Assembly: GCA_051362555.1 (NCBI GenBank) | Contig: CM120640.1 | Location: 53,856,788 to 53,920,787 of the forward strand | Reading direction: 5' to 3' | Length of the DNA: 64,000 bases | Origin: Lingula anatina | Lineage: Eukaryota > Animalia > Brachiopoda | Part shown: piece by piece, positions 53,974-63,672 of the stretch | Layout of the letters: each line of letters starts with the position of its first letter | Position numbering within the stretch: position 1 is the stretch's first letter | The notes under the pieces: generated by a model | Told to the model about the DNA's origin: nothing | The model's database searches: none | Seen by the model: only the letters and a program-made list of their open reading frames with translations | Program-made: the position numbers and the translations under genes

Positions 53974-55198
53974 TGTGCAGATACATGCCACTTATAAGCA
54001 TGACAGGGTAAGGTCCTGTCAACACTCATTTTAAAGAAGTATACCAAACTTGATGAGAAATTTTTATTGTTCAAAACACATTCCCTAAGCTGACATGCAC
54101 TGATAGGGGAAAGGGTGACAACTTTTAAACTGCACCCTCTTTCAGTGTAAATGATATCAAAGTTATTACTCCCTTACAGAAGGGCCAATAACTGTGATAT
54201 GTAAGTCACATTAGATCAATTTTTTAAAACAATTATAGACAAAAGCAAATGGCAAACCCTGTTTAGGTGCATATCAACTCAAATGACTTGCAATTTCACC
54301 AGCTTTTGCAAATAGGTATTCAGGTACTTAAACTATATAGTTCCAATAAATAAATAAACAACAATATGTACTTCACTTCCTGTATACATTTTGTTAATGT
54401 TAATTCAGGCCATCATCCTGCCCCAAAGTACATCACATCCTGTGTACATGAAATAAAATAGGAGGACCAATCTTCCTTACAGTGTCTTTTCATCGATCAT
54501 AATTACACAGAAGACAAATTATTAGATTTTATTTCCAGAATGATTAATAGAAACACAAATGGTAACGGAGATGGGGAAATAAAACTGATCGTGAGGAAAT
54601 AATGTTAATACATTTAAATTCAAATGGAGGAATGCTTTCTTCAAAATAGTTACCAAAAACTTTCAAAATAAAGCATCAGGTAAATTGGATGATATAAAAA
54701 GTTAAAGATTTATTTGCCACTCCAAGAATAACTGATGCCTATAAAGAAATATAGCATTAGTCAAGATCAAAAATGAACCAGTTTTCCTCTAATGACACAG
54801 TTCATATATAATGCATATGGCATGCATTAGTAAAATGCTGCAGGAAATATTATTACCAGCTATGGACATTTCCCTTTTTCTGTGATGACTATTAATGGTT
54901 TATATAGAATAAAGATATTTCAGGCTGTATTCCCTACCTGTTTTTCTCCTTTGACAGAGTTTGGTGTCAGAATCCGTTCACAGTAACATCCCTCTAGGAA
55001 AGCTATCCCGGAGGGCCTGGTGGTGCTGTCATTTTCATAGTAAAATAGCAAATTCTGATATAAAGAAAACCACCGTAGCTGCCATTTTGCAGATTCTCCA
55101 CTCTTTTTGTTTAGATATCCGCTGATACTGTTCTCAATCCTTGCTTTGTTTGCCAGATATAGTAGCTGATTTTCATTTACCCGTATAGCTTTCTGCAT
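365..55198 (-). CDS. RASGRF1: Ras-specific guanine nucleotide-releasing factor (RasGRF1/2 co-orthologue); spliced CDS span, 30 exons, ~1541 aa
   Basis: N-terminus MQKAIRVNE resembles vertebrate RASGRF1 MQKAIRLND. PH, IQ ([19 protein letters not shown]), DH, PH2, REM and CDC25 ([25 protein letters not shown]) motifs occur in the expected order. All introns are GT-AG and exon phases chain without a frameshift (4626 nt total). Confidence 0.96.
791..859 (-). CDS. RASGRF1: RasGRF exon 29 (CDC25)
   Basis: ttgttag|[23 protein letters not shown]|gtaatt; phase 0->0. Confidence 0.94.
1461..1516. repeat. (AAT)n microsatellite
   Basis: Directly visible. Confidence 0.97.
3876..3993 (-). CDS. RASGRF1: RasGRF exon 28 (CDC25)
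   Basis: [40 protein letters not shown]|gtagtg; phase 2->0. Confidence 0.95.
5095..5172. repeat. Local tandem duplication of a ~35-bp unit
   Basis: ggttttcattgtctgtagtttatctttaaagttt occurs twice, plus a partial copy. Confidence 0.85.
6002..6081 (-). CDS. RASGRF1: RasGRF exon 27 (CDC25)
   Basis: [26 protein letters not shown] ag|gtacat; phase 0->2. Confidence 0.95.
6386..6583 (-). CDS. RASGRF1: RasGRF exon 26 (CDC25)
   Basis: [10 protein letters not shown]...[23 protein letters not shown]...[14 protein letters not shown]|gtatgg; phase 0->0. Confidence 0.95.
6822..6906 (-). CDS. RASGRF1: RasGRF exon 25 (CDC25)
   Basis: [29 protein letters not shown]|gtatct; phase 2->0. Confidence 0.93.
7167..7264 (-). 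CDS. RASGRF1: RasGRF exon 24 (start of CDC25)
   Basis: [32 protein letters not shown] ga|gtaagt; phase 0->2. Confidence 0.94.
7600..7782 (-). CDS. RASGRF1: RasGRF exon 23
   Basis: [38 protein letters not shown]...LSPPL|gtaaga; phase 0->0. Confidence 0.93.
8302..8417 (-). CDS. RASGRF1: RasGRF exon 22 (REM C-terminal part)
   Basis: [39 protein letters not shown]|gtaaaa; phase 1->0. Confidence 0.94.
10404..10478 (-). CDS. RASGRF1: RasGRF exon 21, 75-nt symmetric (probably cassette) exon
   Basis: ccctatactag|[25 protein letters not shown] g|gtgagt; phase 1->1; strong donor; repeats the NRYHS motif of exon 20. Confidence 0.75.
12367..12482 (-). CDS. RASGRF1: RasGRF exon 20
   Basis: [19 protein letters not shown]...[11 protein letters not shown] g|gtaagc; resembles vertebrate SAASAFAIATAGAN; phase 2->1. 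Confidence 0.9.
13661..13805 (-). CDS. RASGRF1: RasGRF exon 19 (linker)
   Basis: tttgcag|[23 protein letters not shown]...[13 protein letters not shown] ag|gtacag; GAVITSSR resembles vertebrate GVVMTSCR; phase 1->2. Confidence 0.88.
14182..14991 (-). CDS. RASGRF1: RasGRF exon 18, 810-nt Ser/Pro-rich linker exon
   Basis: Lies inside the 366-aa ORF; atttcctag|..[11 protein letters not shown]...SPQKPK g|gtatgg; phase 1->1. Confidence 0.88.
15313..15491 (-). CDS. RASGRF1: RasGRF exon 17 (linker); donor position uncertain
   Basis: tttccag|g [16 protein letters not shown]...[20 protein letters not shown] g|gtgata; phase 2->1; a same-phase alternative donor ends the exon at 15334. Confidence 0.75.
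16209..16244 (-). CDS. RASGRF1: RasGRF exon 16, 36-nt symmetric microexon (probably optional)
   Basis: gttttag|g [11 protein letters not shown] tg|gtaaaa; phase 2->2, no stop; the model also reads through without it. Confidence 0.62.
16912..17117 (-). CDS. RASGRF1: RasGRF exon 15 (REM)
   Basis: [35 protein letters not shown]...SLQA ca|gtaagt; phase 0->2. Confidence 0.93.
17365..17440 (-). CDS. RASGRF1: RasGRF exon 14 (start of REM)
   Basis: [26 protein letters not shown]|gtatg; phase 2->0. Confidence 0.93.
21793..21875 (-). CDS. RASGRF1: RasGRF exon 13
   Basis: [27 protein letters not shown] ag|gtaagc; phase 0->2. Confidence 0.92.
22126..22334 (-). CDS. RASGRF1: RasGRF exon 12 (PH2)
   Basis: ASSMESLNN...[36 protein letters not shown]|gtaga; phase 1->0. 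Confidence 0.92.
22788..22866 (-). CDS. RASGRF1: RasGRF exon 11 (PH2)
   Basis: [26 protein letters not shown] g|gtatg; phase 0->1. Confidence 0.9.
23165..23337 (-). CDS. RASGRF1: RasGRF exon 10 (PH2)
   Basis: [22 protein letters not shown]...[25 protein letters not shown]|gtaagg; phase 1->0. Confidence 0.93.
23788..23905 (-). CDS. RASGRF1: RasGRF exon 9 (DH/PH2 junction)
   Basis: [39 protein letters not shown] g|gtatg; phase 0->1. Confidence 0.94.
24338..24448 (-). CDS. RASGRF1: RasGRF exon 8 (DH)
   Basis: [37 protein letters not shown]|gtagg; phase 0->0. Confidence 0.94.
24894..25087 (-). CDS. RASGRF1: RasGRF exon 7 (DH)
   Basis: [28 protein letters not shown]...[11 protein letters not shown]|gtaagc; phase 1->0. 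Confidence 0.94.
25319..25398 (-). CDS. RASGRF1: RasGRF exon 6 (DH)
   Basis: [27 protein letters not shown] g|gtaag; phase 2->1. Confidence 0.93.
25682..25935 (-). CDS. RASGRF1: RasGRF exon 5 (IQ motif, start of DH)
   Basis: atcag|[18 protein letters not shown]...[10 protein letters not shown] ag|gtgctg; phase 0->2. Confidence 0.93.
30403..31083. mobile_element. Older, degenerate HINE-like element with 2-3 diverged units related to the 146-bp repeat
   Basis: Starts aaaacaagggc; 5' tatgtgcccaaagg is an imperfect inverse of 3' cctatgggcatat; internal aaaggtcaaattcaaggtcacatttgg and agttttggaga segments match the neighbouring array; decayed gatggaca microsatellite near the 3' end. Confidence 0.6.
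31281..34496. mobile_element. Non-autonomous Helentron-associated (HINE/DINE-like) element with an internal satellite array
   Basis: A 14-bp subterminal inverted repeat ATTGTACCACCAGC (31318-31331) matches GCTGGTGGTACAAT (34483-34496). There is a 3' stem-loop TGTACCGCCAGCG-ctaa-CGCTGGTGGTACA (34465-34494), a 5' mini-hairpin GAGGCG-atac-CGCCTC, GC-rich short repeats (GAGCCGGCG)n at ~34395-34455 and a central tandem array. No coding capacity. Confidence 0.82.
31484..33496. repeat. Tandem array of a 146-bp unit, ~14 near-identical copies
   Basis: Unit starts (aaaagtaggtcaaaggtca..) recur at 31629, 31775, 31921, 32067, 32213, 32359, 32505, 32651, 32797, 32943, 33089, 33235 and 33381. Confidence 0.97.
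35441..35633. mobile_element. Palindromic MITE with ~70-bp imperfect inverted arms
   Basis: gagagcattcacatcgataagagcc...aaatatggtgaaccttcatgaaagg pairs with cctttcatgtaggtccgccatattt...ggctcttctcgatgtgaatgctttc; the inner motif is shared with the MITEs at 45337-45783. Confidence 0.8.
37049..37099. repeat. (GA)n microsatellite
   Basis: Directly visible, two interruptions. Confidence 0.95.
38331..38422. repeat. (GT)n microsatellite
   Basis: Directly visible, uninterrupted. Confidence 0.98.
38448..39122. repeat. Inverted pair of ~120-bp diverged repeats (38448-38568 and 39008-39122)
   Basis: catttgccaac..cctcagatttg..aaattaa..actccagc..aaaatta.ttgccacaa..tttcattacacaaac aligns to the reverse complement of 39008-39122. 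Confidence 0.82.
41482..41577 (-). CDS. RASGRF1: RasGRF exon 4 (N-terminal half of the IQ region)
   Basis: tttcag|[32 protein letters not shown]|gtaatt; the end matches vertebrate ..EDSDIKKIKK; phase 0->0. Confidence 0.92.
43561..43708 (-). CDS. RASGRF1: RasGRF exon 3 (coiled coil)
   Basis: [50 protein letters not shown]|gtaatg; phase 2->0. Confidence 0.92.
44040..44149 (-). CDS. RASGRF1: RasGRF exon 2 (PH1 C-terminal part)
   Basis: tttctag|[36 protein letters not shown] ag|gtactt; phase 0->2. Confidence 0.92.
45337..45626. mobile_element. PIF/Harbinger-like (Tourist-type) MITE A
   Basis: TTA|gagcccattcagaaaagatgatcc ... ggatcatctgttctgcttgggctc|TTA; long imperfect inverted arms with a TTA target duplication. 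Confidence 0.78.
45630..45783. mobile_element. PIF/Harbinger-like MITE B (internally deleted), abutting MITE A
   Basis: TTA|ggggccattcagaatagaagatc ... gatctttcactctgaatggggca|TTA; right arm similar to MITE A and to the 35441 element. Confidence 0.7.
45880..47939. mobile_element. CpG-rich composite non-coding transposon region (left boundary approximate)
   Basis: Sharp rise in CpG content; three copies of the hAT-like end (46565-46651, 47528-47585 inverted, 47855-47939); ~125-bp direct repeat at 46660-46790 and 46955-47077. Confidence 0.6.
47528..47939. mobile_element. hAT-like MITE
   Basis: Perfect terminal inverted repeat CAGGCCTACCCAACTACCAGACGTGGCAC / GTGCCACGTCTGGTAGTTGGGTAGGCCTG; CAG-start TIRs are typical of hAT elements; no 8-bp target duplication seen. 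Confidence 0.72.
49580..49605. repeat. (CT)n microsatellite
   Basis: Directly visible. Confidence 0.92.
53928..53976. repeat. Compound (TG)n(AG)n microsatellite
   Basis: Directly visible. Confidence 0.92.
54938..55198 (-). CDS. RASGRF1: RasGRF coding exon 1 (start codon, PH1)
   Basis: MQKAIR...[18 protein letters not shown]...GEKQ; donor CAG|GTAGGG. An in-frame TAA lies upstream of the ATG. Acceptor ttttacag| at 55294 gives 96 nt of 5'UTR in this exon. Confidence 0.93.
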
Positions 55199-57580
55199 CT
55201 TGACCACATGGTGTAGACGTGACAATGGTTATACTAGCTTGGTAAGAGAAATGTTTCTGGGCTAGCATCAACTTTATAATTTTCCTACCAGTTCCTGTAA
55301 AAGAGAACAAAAATATCATAAGTTCCAGCATGCTTTTATCAGTATTGTATTACCAGCACAGTTCCTTTTTGATAATGAACCTTCCCCATGCCTGGCACAA
55401 CTTCACATACAATTCTAACAATTTTCTACATCAATATTGTGCATAATATTACTGATATCTCTATAAACACACCTCATCAGTAGCATGACAGTGTACATCT
55501 CCTAGCATTATGATAATAATGAATGATCTGTAAGACTGTCTGCTGTGCTTAACATAAATATGCCTTTTATTTCCCAATTAATTTATAAATCCAAGAATAT
55601 GATCAATTCATAAGTTAAACCATAAAGAGTTGATAGTTGTGAACATATTCTTCAATTTAAATTTAATCTATGCCCAACTATAGGAGGCATTAAATTCACC
55701 AAAATGATAGCTTAAATTGTAAAGAGAATTGTTTTAAATAAATATGCTTGTATTAGTGTATACTTTTCAAAGTCACAAGAAATCCTGATATACTGTTGTT
55801 GCTAAAGTTTAATGTATGCTATTATGCCAATGTTCACAGGCAGTTGATTCTATTAAGTATGCTGTGTAGAAGTATTGGATGGAGCATATTTTTCTAAGTG
55901 TATCATTACTTTCATACTGCTAATGATAATTGATTTTCATGAAAAAAAGATGACTGGTCCAAAACTAACTCAATATATAACATTGTACTTTTATCAAATA
56001 TGCATAAGATATTTTTCTTTCTGAATATATCTGACTTCTTTTCTAAGACCTATTGATACATTGTAAAAGAGGACATTAAAATAATTTCAATCAAGCAAGG
56101 GTATTTTGACAATTTCAAATGCCCACCACAGAAAATTTTCTAAGCTAGGTAACCCTTATATCTGTTGATTCAAAGTGATCAATGACATAGTCCACATTAT
56201 CTAATCAATGGAATAAATATGTAATAGTCTCAATATTGTAAAGACCCTGCCGGCAGTTAAGCCAGCAGCACCTCAGCATTAGACTAAACAAATGTCCAGC
56301 TAAATATATTTTAAATATTTATTTATTCATAAAAATATCTCATTGGATAATGCTGTGAAGACACCTGGCTAATTTTGATCTGGATTGTTTGCCTCATTTA
56401 CTTACATGTGTGCAAGATAACAACAAATTAGGATATATAACCCCATGAACACTTTTTTAAATTCAGGATCATTTATGTATGATAAAAAAAATCAAAATCA
56501 ATTTCTTCAAAATGCACAAATTGTCCAGAATGCAAAGACATAAACATAATGTAATATTGATCCTCAAATTGTTACATAAATGCTGTACTATTAAAATCAT
56601 AAGCATATTTATAAACATAATGCATCCACAGCCCAACATTTAAGTTCAGTATATGGGTTTATTATTTTTTTCAACAAAATTTGTTTTTAACGTTTATTAT
56701 GTACAATAATTATGTGCTCCTTTGTACTTTACTTTCATTACCCATGTAAAAAAAAACAACTGGGTAGTCCTGTAAACAAAGATCAGTAATGAGCAGTAAG
56801 ACTGATTTAGTTGAAATTACATCGTTATAATATAAACCTATCTAAAGAAAATTATATTCAATTGCATGCATGCATATGGAATTTCATGTCTTAGAACTGC
56901 TCAAAGGCAAAATCTCTTAATGATAAAAAAATTAATACATTACAAGCATGTACCAATGCCAATCACAATAACAATACGTCAAAATGCCTCAGTTTACCCG
57001 ACACATTTCAATTCATGTGTCCTCATAAGAACAATGTAATGTCTAGAGTCGAATTGCTATAATAGTCTACAGCATGTAGTATAGGTCTACAGTGCAACCT
57101 ACTACAAGTATAGGTAGATGTTTTTTCTCTCTTGAAAAATCTTATATCTACTTTGAAACAAATTGGGCATTGTCTTATAAATATGGAAACAGCTTATCAC
57201 TATTACGTGAACATACTTTAGGAATATTTGCATTGTAGAACATACTCTAATACATTCCTAGTTAAAACATCTCACAAATTTTACTACTTCTTAGACAGCT
57301 ACAACAAATTAATCCACATAATATTGTGCTATGGCTGAGACAAAGTTCAAAGAATATATTATAACTATCAGAAAGTGCCTCCATTTTTTCACATCCCTTG
57401 TGTATTAATGGTTTCAAAGTCAACCTCTTGCAAAGAAATGCTGTCCATTTAACCATTACTGGTGCCTGGACCATTACAATAAATGATCACAGCCATATTT
57501 CACACTAGCATCATATCAAATTATTCCTATACAACCAGTTCTCATACACAAACACCTTTAAACTGATATGCCAGCCTTAC

Positions 57581-57950
57581 CTTAAAATGTTGATGATGGC
57601 CATGTTTTTCCTTGCAATATGATAATCTGAATCCTGTCTGCGTTTCTAATGGCTGAGCCTGACTGCAACATCACAAGTTTCATTGAATCCAAAATAACAA
57701 CAGAAACTGCATTTACTGGATGACATTGTGATGTTATGATATTAACCTGCAGTATTGATACAGCCCATTATCTTTACTCTATACAGTTGCTAGATCCATT
57801 GTACTGCTCAAAGCTCCAACTATTGTTGACCGTAGATTTCCTCCAACCTCGATCATTTATTGATCTGTCATTTTCATCACAACTCTGGCGCTGATCAATC
57901 AGCCGGTTCAGCGTAAAAGGAATGCAGCTTGTTCATTTCATGACGAAATT
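57581..57950 (-). other. Candidate upstream 5'UTR exon / promoter-proximal region of RasGRF (5' limit approximate)
   Basis: Strong donor AAG|GTAAGG at 57581; several CpGs at ~57830-57945 in otherwise CpG-poor DNA; the acceptor at 55294 implies an upstream exon. Confidence 0.45.
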
Positions 57951-59810
57951 AATTACATATCCAAGCTCCTCCACATCAAATTCACCCAATCATAAAACTT
58001 AATTAATAAATCCTAATGAGGCTATATTGCAAGAATAATTGCTCCGGTTTCTTACACATTCCAATAAATCCCATTTAAATGTCAGCCATATGAGAAGATA
58101 CAGAATATCACAGCCTGGCAAGCTAAGTGACTGAAATCAATTGTTATAATGTATTACAAAAAAACAGCATCCAACAGGAATAATTAACTACTTTTTCTGG
58201 GGTCACAATTATGGAGGAAAAAATGTGGTAAAGCCTACTTGTTCCAACAGGGTTGACTGTTTCGTCTGGTAGCTGGTTAGGCAATGCAATCACTACTGAT
58301 TTTTCCCCATCTTCATTTTATCATCTGGCTTTCAGCCCTAACTTAAAAAAAGCTAGCTTGCATGCTGTGTCACTACCTCCTCTACACCTAAGACATCTTG
58401 TGTGCCTTGCAGATACATATACTACCTCAGTAGTTGCCACAAATCTGATAATAAATGTTCTTTTGCTTCTTCATACCACTATAAAATGGTATATTTTAAC
58501 TGTTTGTTATCAAAAGCGTTTAGACATAAAAATACTATTGTAGTGCAACATTCACTCAATCATACAAAGTGCATTTAATGGTGCACATGCATGTAGGTCC
58601 ATGAATTAAATCAAAGATGCTTTTTTTTTTCTATAGTCATTTGAAGAAGTACCTTCCAAATAAAAAATGAATATTGTACATCACCAACAGCTATAATGTA
58701 AAATTCTAATCTTACCTTGAAACAAAACATATAGAAAAGAACCTAAGAATTTACATAAATGTCTGGAAGAAAAATTTCAATTGATTATAGACCCTTTTAT
58801 CAAAGTAATATTGATAATAAATAACTTACCCCAGTAAAAAAAAGTAATATTCATTAAGTACCCAACTATTATAAGAACAACTCTCAATTCTAAGGGGTTA
58901 GGCATCTAAAGCTATCACATGTACAGACATATCTCTAGAGATAAAATAGTATTTTTTTCCTAGTTACCACAATGAAAAAATTTAATTGTAAACACAATCT
59001 ACAGAGTAGATAGGTGACACATTAGTTGCAACAGTAAAAAAAAAATAATACAACAAAATTCATGCTGAAAACTACACAACCATAAAATAAATACAGTACT
59101 GTAAATAAATTGGAATGAAAAACATAACCACTGAAAAATTTTCTGATCAGGCCATCAGAAAAGATCAAAATTAATTGGACTGATTTTTGAGGGCAACATA
59201 GAGTTCTTTATAAAAATGTCAACCAAACAGACAGTTTTCTAGACTAGAGTTTAAGTTATATTTAATTGAAGCAAAACCAAATTTGTTTTAAAGAGTTCCT
59301 GACAAAAATATAACTTAAACTACATTGCCAACACATCACATCCTTCAAAAATTTTGAATAAAATAGATAGACTGGCCCTTCAAGAAATCGACACTTTCAA
59401 GAAATTGATGAAAACTGAAAGTACCTTTTTTTGCCATTTTTTCTGGCATGCCTGATACAAACAATTTTTTTTGTCAAGTAAAATGATTTTGACTGTCTCA
59501 TTACACAGTTTAAAATTTTATTCTTGAATCTTTTATAATCTGCATGGTTATTTTATAACATTTGCATAGGCATATCATACAGCAGCTTTCAAACTCAATG
59601 ATATTATGTCAAGAGGCACTTCGGAGATCTTGTAGGCATTAGCAGTACAGCTTGCACCAAATATGAAGCATTCTTTGTCAAAATTAACTCAGCAGTTTAA
59701 ATTAAAATTTGGCACATTATACATACATAGTTTTCTTCACCGCATGATTTAAGTCTATTATCAATAAACAAAAAAAAATAATAACAAAGTACTTCAATTT
59801 TATATATAAA

Positions 59811-60045
59811 GGGTCCCATTCCCAAAAACACCATTGTCTATTTGGATTGGCCCAACTGTGTGGGGACTCTTCCTGACCGTAATTAGCTTAACTGAATGCC
59901 ATGCATCCCTAGGCATTAAGTAGAAAACATAAAAGCAGGTGATTGTATGAGTTTGCTAAGAACAAAGGTGTGTCATTCAGTTAAGCTGAGTCCCTGCAGA
60001 GTTAGGCCATCTGTGTAGACTGCTAGTGTTTATGGGAATGGGGTT
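59811..60045. mobile_element. Palindromic MITE with GGGNCCCATTC-type ends (PIF/Harbinger-like)
   Basis: cccattcccaaaaacac..gtcta..ggcccaact..gggactc..agcttaactgaatg is inverse to cattcagttaagctgagtccc..agttaggcc..tagac..gtgtttatgggaatggg. Confidence 0.7.
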
Positions 60046-60699
60046 TGAAAGATCTATTTAAAAAGTACTCCCTTGTAAGTACCTAATTTCATGCAACCAT
60101 TACAAACACATCAGAAATGATGGTAATAACTTGGAAGTTAAAATGATCATTTACCAATTTAGAGCCATTTATTTATAAAGATAAGCTGGGTGTTCTTCGG
60201 TCAATATGACCTGGCACTCGTTGTCAGCATAGACAATAGACATGAAGAAGCACATAACTTCTTGAAAATACTGTGACAAAATATGTTTGAAAGTTACTGA
60301 AATTTACTGAATTTTTAAAATAAAAAACAAAATGCAACATCAATGGGTTTACACTTTTTTGACTACAAGATGTCCAATGGCAGGATTCCAAGACAAGCTT
60401 ACGTTTTATTGTAACTTTGACCTTGTACTAAAGATCAAAACAAATCAAAAATCAAATACAAACTTTGTTACCGTTTTGTCCAATTTTGATCATTCACAAA
60501 CAAAAAACACCATGAAAGGTCATGTCTTATAAAATTTGAGGGATTTTTTCCTACTGCTTTTCTTGAAGAGTTCCTTGAGCACATGAACCTTAAAACATGC
60601 TTAAAACTTGCTGTCAAGCAATATGTTTGAAGAACAGTGATTTGACTTTAATCCAAAAATGTCCTATTATTCAAAACAGCTGCTAATAAAATGTAGTTC

Positions 60700-61465
60700 T
60701 GCAAGAAAATAAACAAGTTCTACTGGTAAGCAAAGAATATCTCTCCCATCAATTACAGCAAAAGATTACAAAATCCTGTTCAGCAGAATACAACATTATG
60801 TGGACAATAAATGGAGAAACAAACAGACCAAATTCCATCCTAGAAGAAGTTGTGTTCAGCAGATCCACATTTTCAGAAAGACCATGCATAGTTTCCAAGA
60901 TTACCAACTGCTGCTTACAGTCATGTTAATAGACTTCAAGAAGGCATTTGACTACATCAACAGAAAGGTTATGATTGCCATATTGCGCCATTAAAGAATA
61001 CAAAAAGCCATGTTCATACAGGTATGCACCATACAATATTCCAAAAAAGTGGTAATGGTTAAATTAAACGTCTCACACCCTTTTGAGGTTTCCAAAGGAG
61101 TGTACAAGGACAATGTTCTAACTCTATTCCTCTAGTATACTTTCGCCTGAGTAAGACCACAGCAGATCTTGACTCAGTACTAGTAGCTGTAACATATCCT
61201 CAATGCTCCAGATGATAACTAGCTACTGAAGTGTTTGAATGACTTGAATTTTGCTGATGGCAATGACCAGCTAGAGTCTACTATTCTGCAGGTACAGGCC
61301 TAGTGGGGCAGTACAGCAGCTGAAGTTAACTATCTTGGCCTTATAATCAGTATATTCAAGAGCAAATATGTAATGGATTTCAAGCATCTTAGCTCCAAAA
61401 TGACATCTGCTGCAAGTGACTGCAGAAAACATACAGCAATTGCAGGGAGTGCTTTCTACAAGGTA
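60700..61465 (+). mobile_element. Decayed RTE-like LINE reverse transcriptase fragment (frameshifts and stops)
   Basis: Pieces read ISLPSITAK, FHPRRSCVQQIHIFR, IDFKKAFDYINR..ILRH, FEVSKGV, DLNFADG and DFKHLSS, which correspond in order to non-LTR RT motifs (GFRxGRSC, DFKKAFDS, GVLQG, FADD, FKYLGS). Confidence 0.85.
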
Positions 61466-63297
61466 TATAACCCCTGCAAAAGTTGCTTTAGTCTATAGAA
61501 ATACATAATATATATACATATTCAGTCTTTATACATGCCTCTTATTATTTTCCTCAATCAGTCAAAACAAGCACAAGCATCATTGTGTTTTAAAAAAAAT
61601 ATAATTGCCTACCAGTTAATTACTAAGCTTTGAAATTGCAAAGACAGCATTAAAAAGAGACACGTGAGGCTACAATTAGGATCTAAAAATGGACTAGTGT
61701 TGTACATTTTTGACTAGCCCAGAGCCTATTTTGGTAGGAATTTGCCACGGATAAGTGCGCAAAGTGCAGAATGATCACATCATTATATCTCTGTCACTGG
61801 GGCATTTTAACCAACAGCCTAGATATCTGTTGCACCATCTCACATTCAATCTTGATATACTGTGTTAAAATGTGTTCAGTTAACACATGCACTCTTATTT
61901 CACATCTTTAAATGCAATGAAAGATTCTGATAGGATCAGCTTAATTCTACCCTGAAAGAAATGCCCTTTCACTGGGCAGCACATATACATATTCATACAC
62001 GTAGAGCAGTATAATTGATGTCACTTCATTGTAAAGTACCTGTTCACATCGTCTCCACACCTGGACCATCGTGATCAATATTAATTTTTGTTGCCTATGT
62101 AAACAATCATGTTGCTGGCACATAGGGACTAGGTGACAGAATACAACTGTGTTCATTTCTCGGAGACAAACAATGAACATACAGCTGCTTACACAGCATC
62201 ACTTATTTGTAATTTCTAATAGCTAGCCTAGACTCACCTATAATGTAGTCACAAGTATCAAAAAGGATAGACAGGATACAATGCAAATACCACTATCTAT
62301 ATCCACAAATGTTGAACTTGTTTTTTATTCCATGAATTTGAAAGTATCCTTCACATAAGTTAAAAACAAAAATGTCTTACTCATCACGTTCCAATATATC
62401 ATATCTTTAGATATATATTATGTTTAGTTCATGTTGTCTCTAACAGATTACACAGAATCAAATACACTAAATATCAGCACCAACTTTCCTGAATTCCTGA
62501 ATCACTTAACACGGACTGCAAAAATATCAGCCATTGAAAGCATTGCTTATTTAATCATTCCCCCCCCCCCCAAAAAAAAAAAAAAATCTTACTGTTACAA
62601 TATTTTAAAGCAAATTTATCAAAGCTTATCTGTTAAATAAACTATATGCATCCCAAATTAACCTTTTAACCTGTTACTAGAACAGAACAGAGAGTAAATG
62701 AGCAATAATGTCATTTCAGTAAAAAAAAATATTACAAAAGTCAAAATTTGTTTACAATTAAAAATGCTTGTGTATAGCAAGAAGTCTTTTATTTTTATCA
62801 CAAATAGTTAATCTTATTCCTATATTCTTTATAGGTAGAAAATGTACACCTCACTTATCCCAACCCATTATAAACAAAGCAGACATTTTGAAATATTTTG
62901 TTATGTTATCCTCTGGACAATTGCCTTTTATAATGAGTTCATTGGTGTGACATGTTTGCCTTTCTTATCTGAATAGTAATATTAGCAGTGTGTGTATGTG
63001 TGTATACACATATGCATGTGTGAATGTGCATGTGTGTGTTACACTGTGTATGAGAGAAAGAGAAAAAAACAACTATGAACAGTCTATAGTTCAAATGCCA
63101 TTCCACATGCTTTCAAAGCTAAGCAAAAACAAGGCAGCACATTTATAAGTTGTCAAATGGACAGACATACCAATGACAAAACTGATAGCAGCAGTGACAT
63201 TAACACGGTCTGAAAACAACGAACCACTTAAATGATGACAGTTAACTAAATATATATCAATTGGTCAATTTTGATGAACACAATATATGCTGTAAAC

Positions 63298-63600
63298 TAG
63301 GTCATTCGGACCACCAGTTTCTTAAAATCTACGGGTCCAAATGAAAATTTCAATCAGACAGGACATTTACCCATATTACAAACTAATACTAACAATAACA
63401 AAACCTTGATTTTGCCAAACCTTTTTGGAGCACTTTCACCTATGGAGACGCATTTGAAAACCTTTTGGGAAAAAGTTAGTATTTTATTTTTAAAATCTAC
63501 TGGCCTTGTCAGACCACTTAATTCACTCAATCTGAAAAATCTACTGGTATGCATACAATTTTACTCGTCATTGGTATCTGACCAGTAGCTTATACCATAG
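63298..63600. repeat. Interspersed repeat fragment; related end in opposite orientation at ~43163-43220
   Basis: taggtcattcggaccaccag..ggtccaaa versus the reverse complement taggccattcaggccaccag..ggtccaaa of 43163-43220. Confidence 0.5.
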
Positions 63601-63610
63601 ACTGTGCACA

Positions 63611-63672
63611 ATATTATATTATATTATATTATATTATATTATATTATATTATATTATATTATATTATATTAT
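63611..63672. repeat. (ATATT)n microsatellite
   Basis: Directly visible. Confidence 0.97.

Noticed and set aside
55199-55225. N-terminal extension MSRLHHVVK in the ORF track
   Set aside because: Starts at a TTG; family similarity begins at the ATG of MQKAIR (55198)
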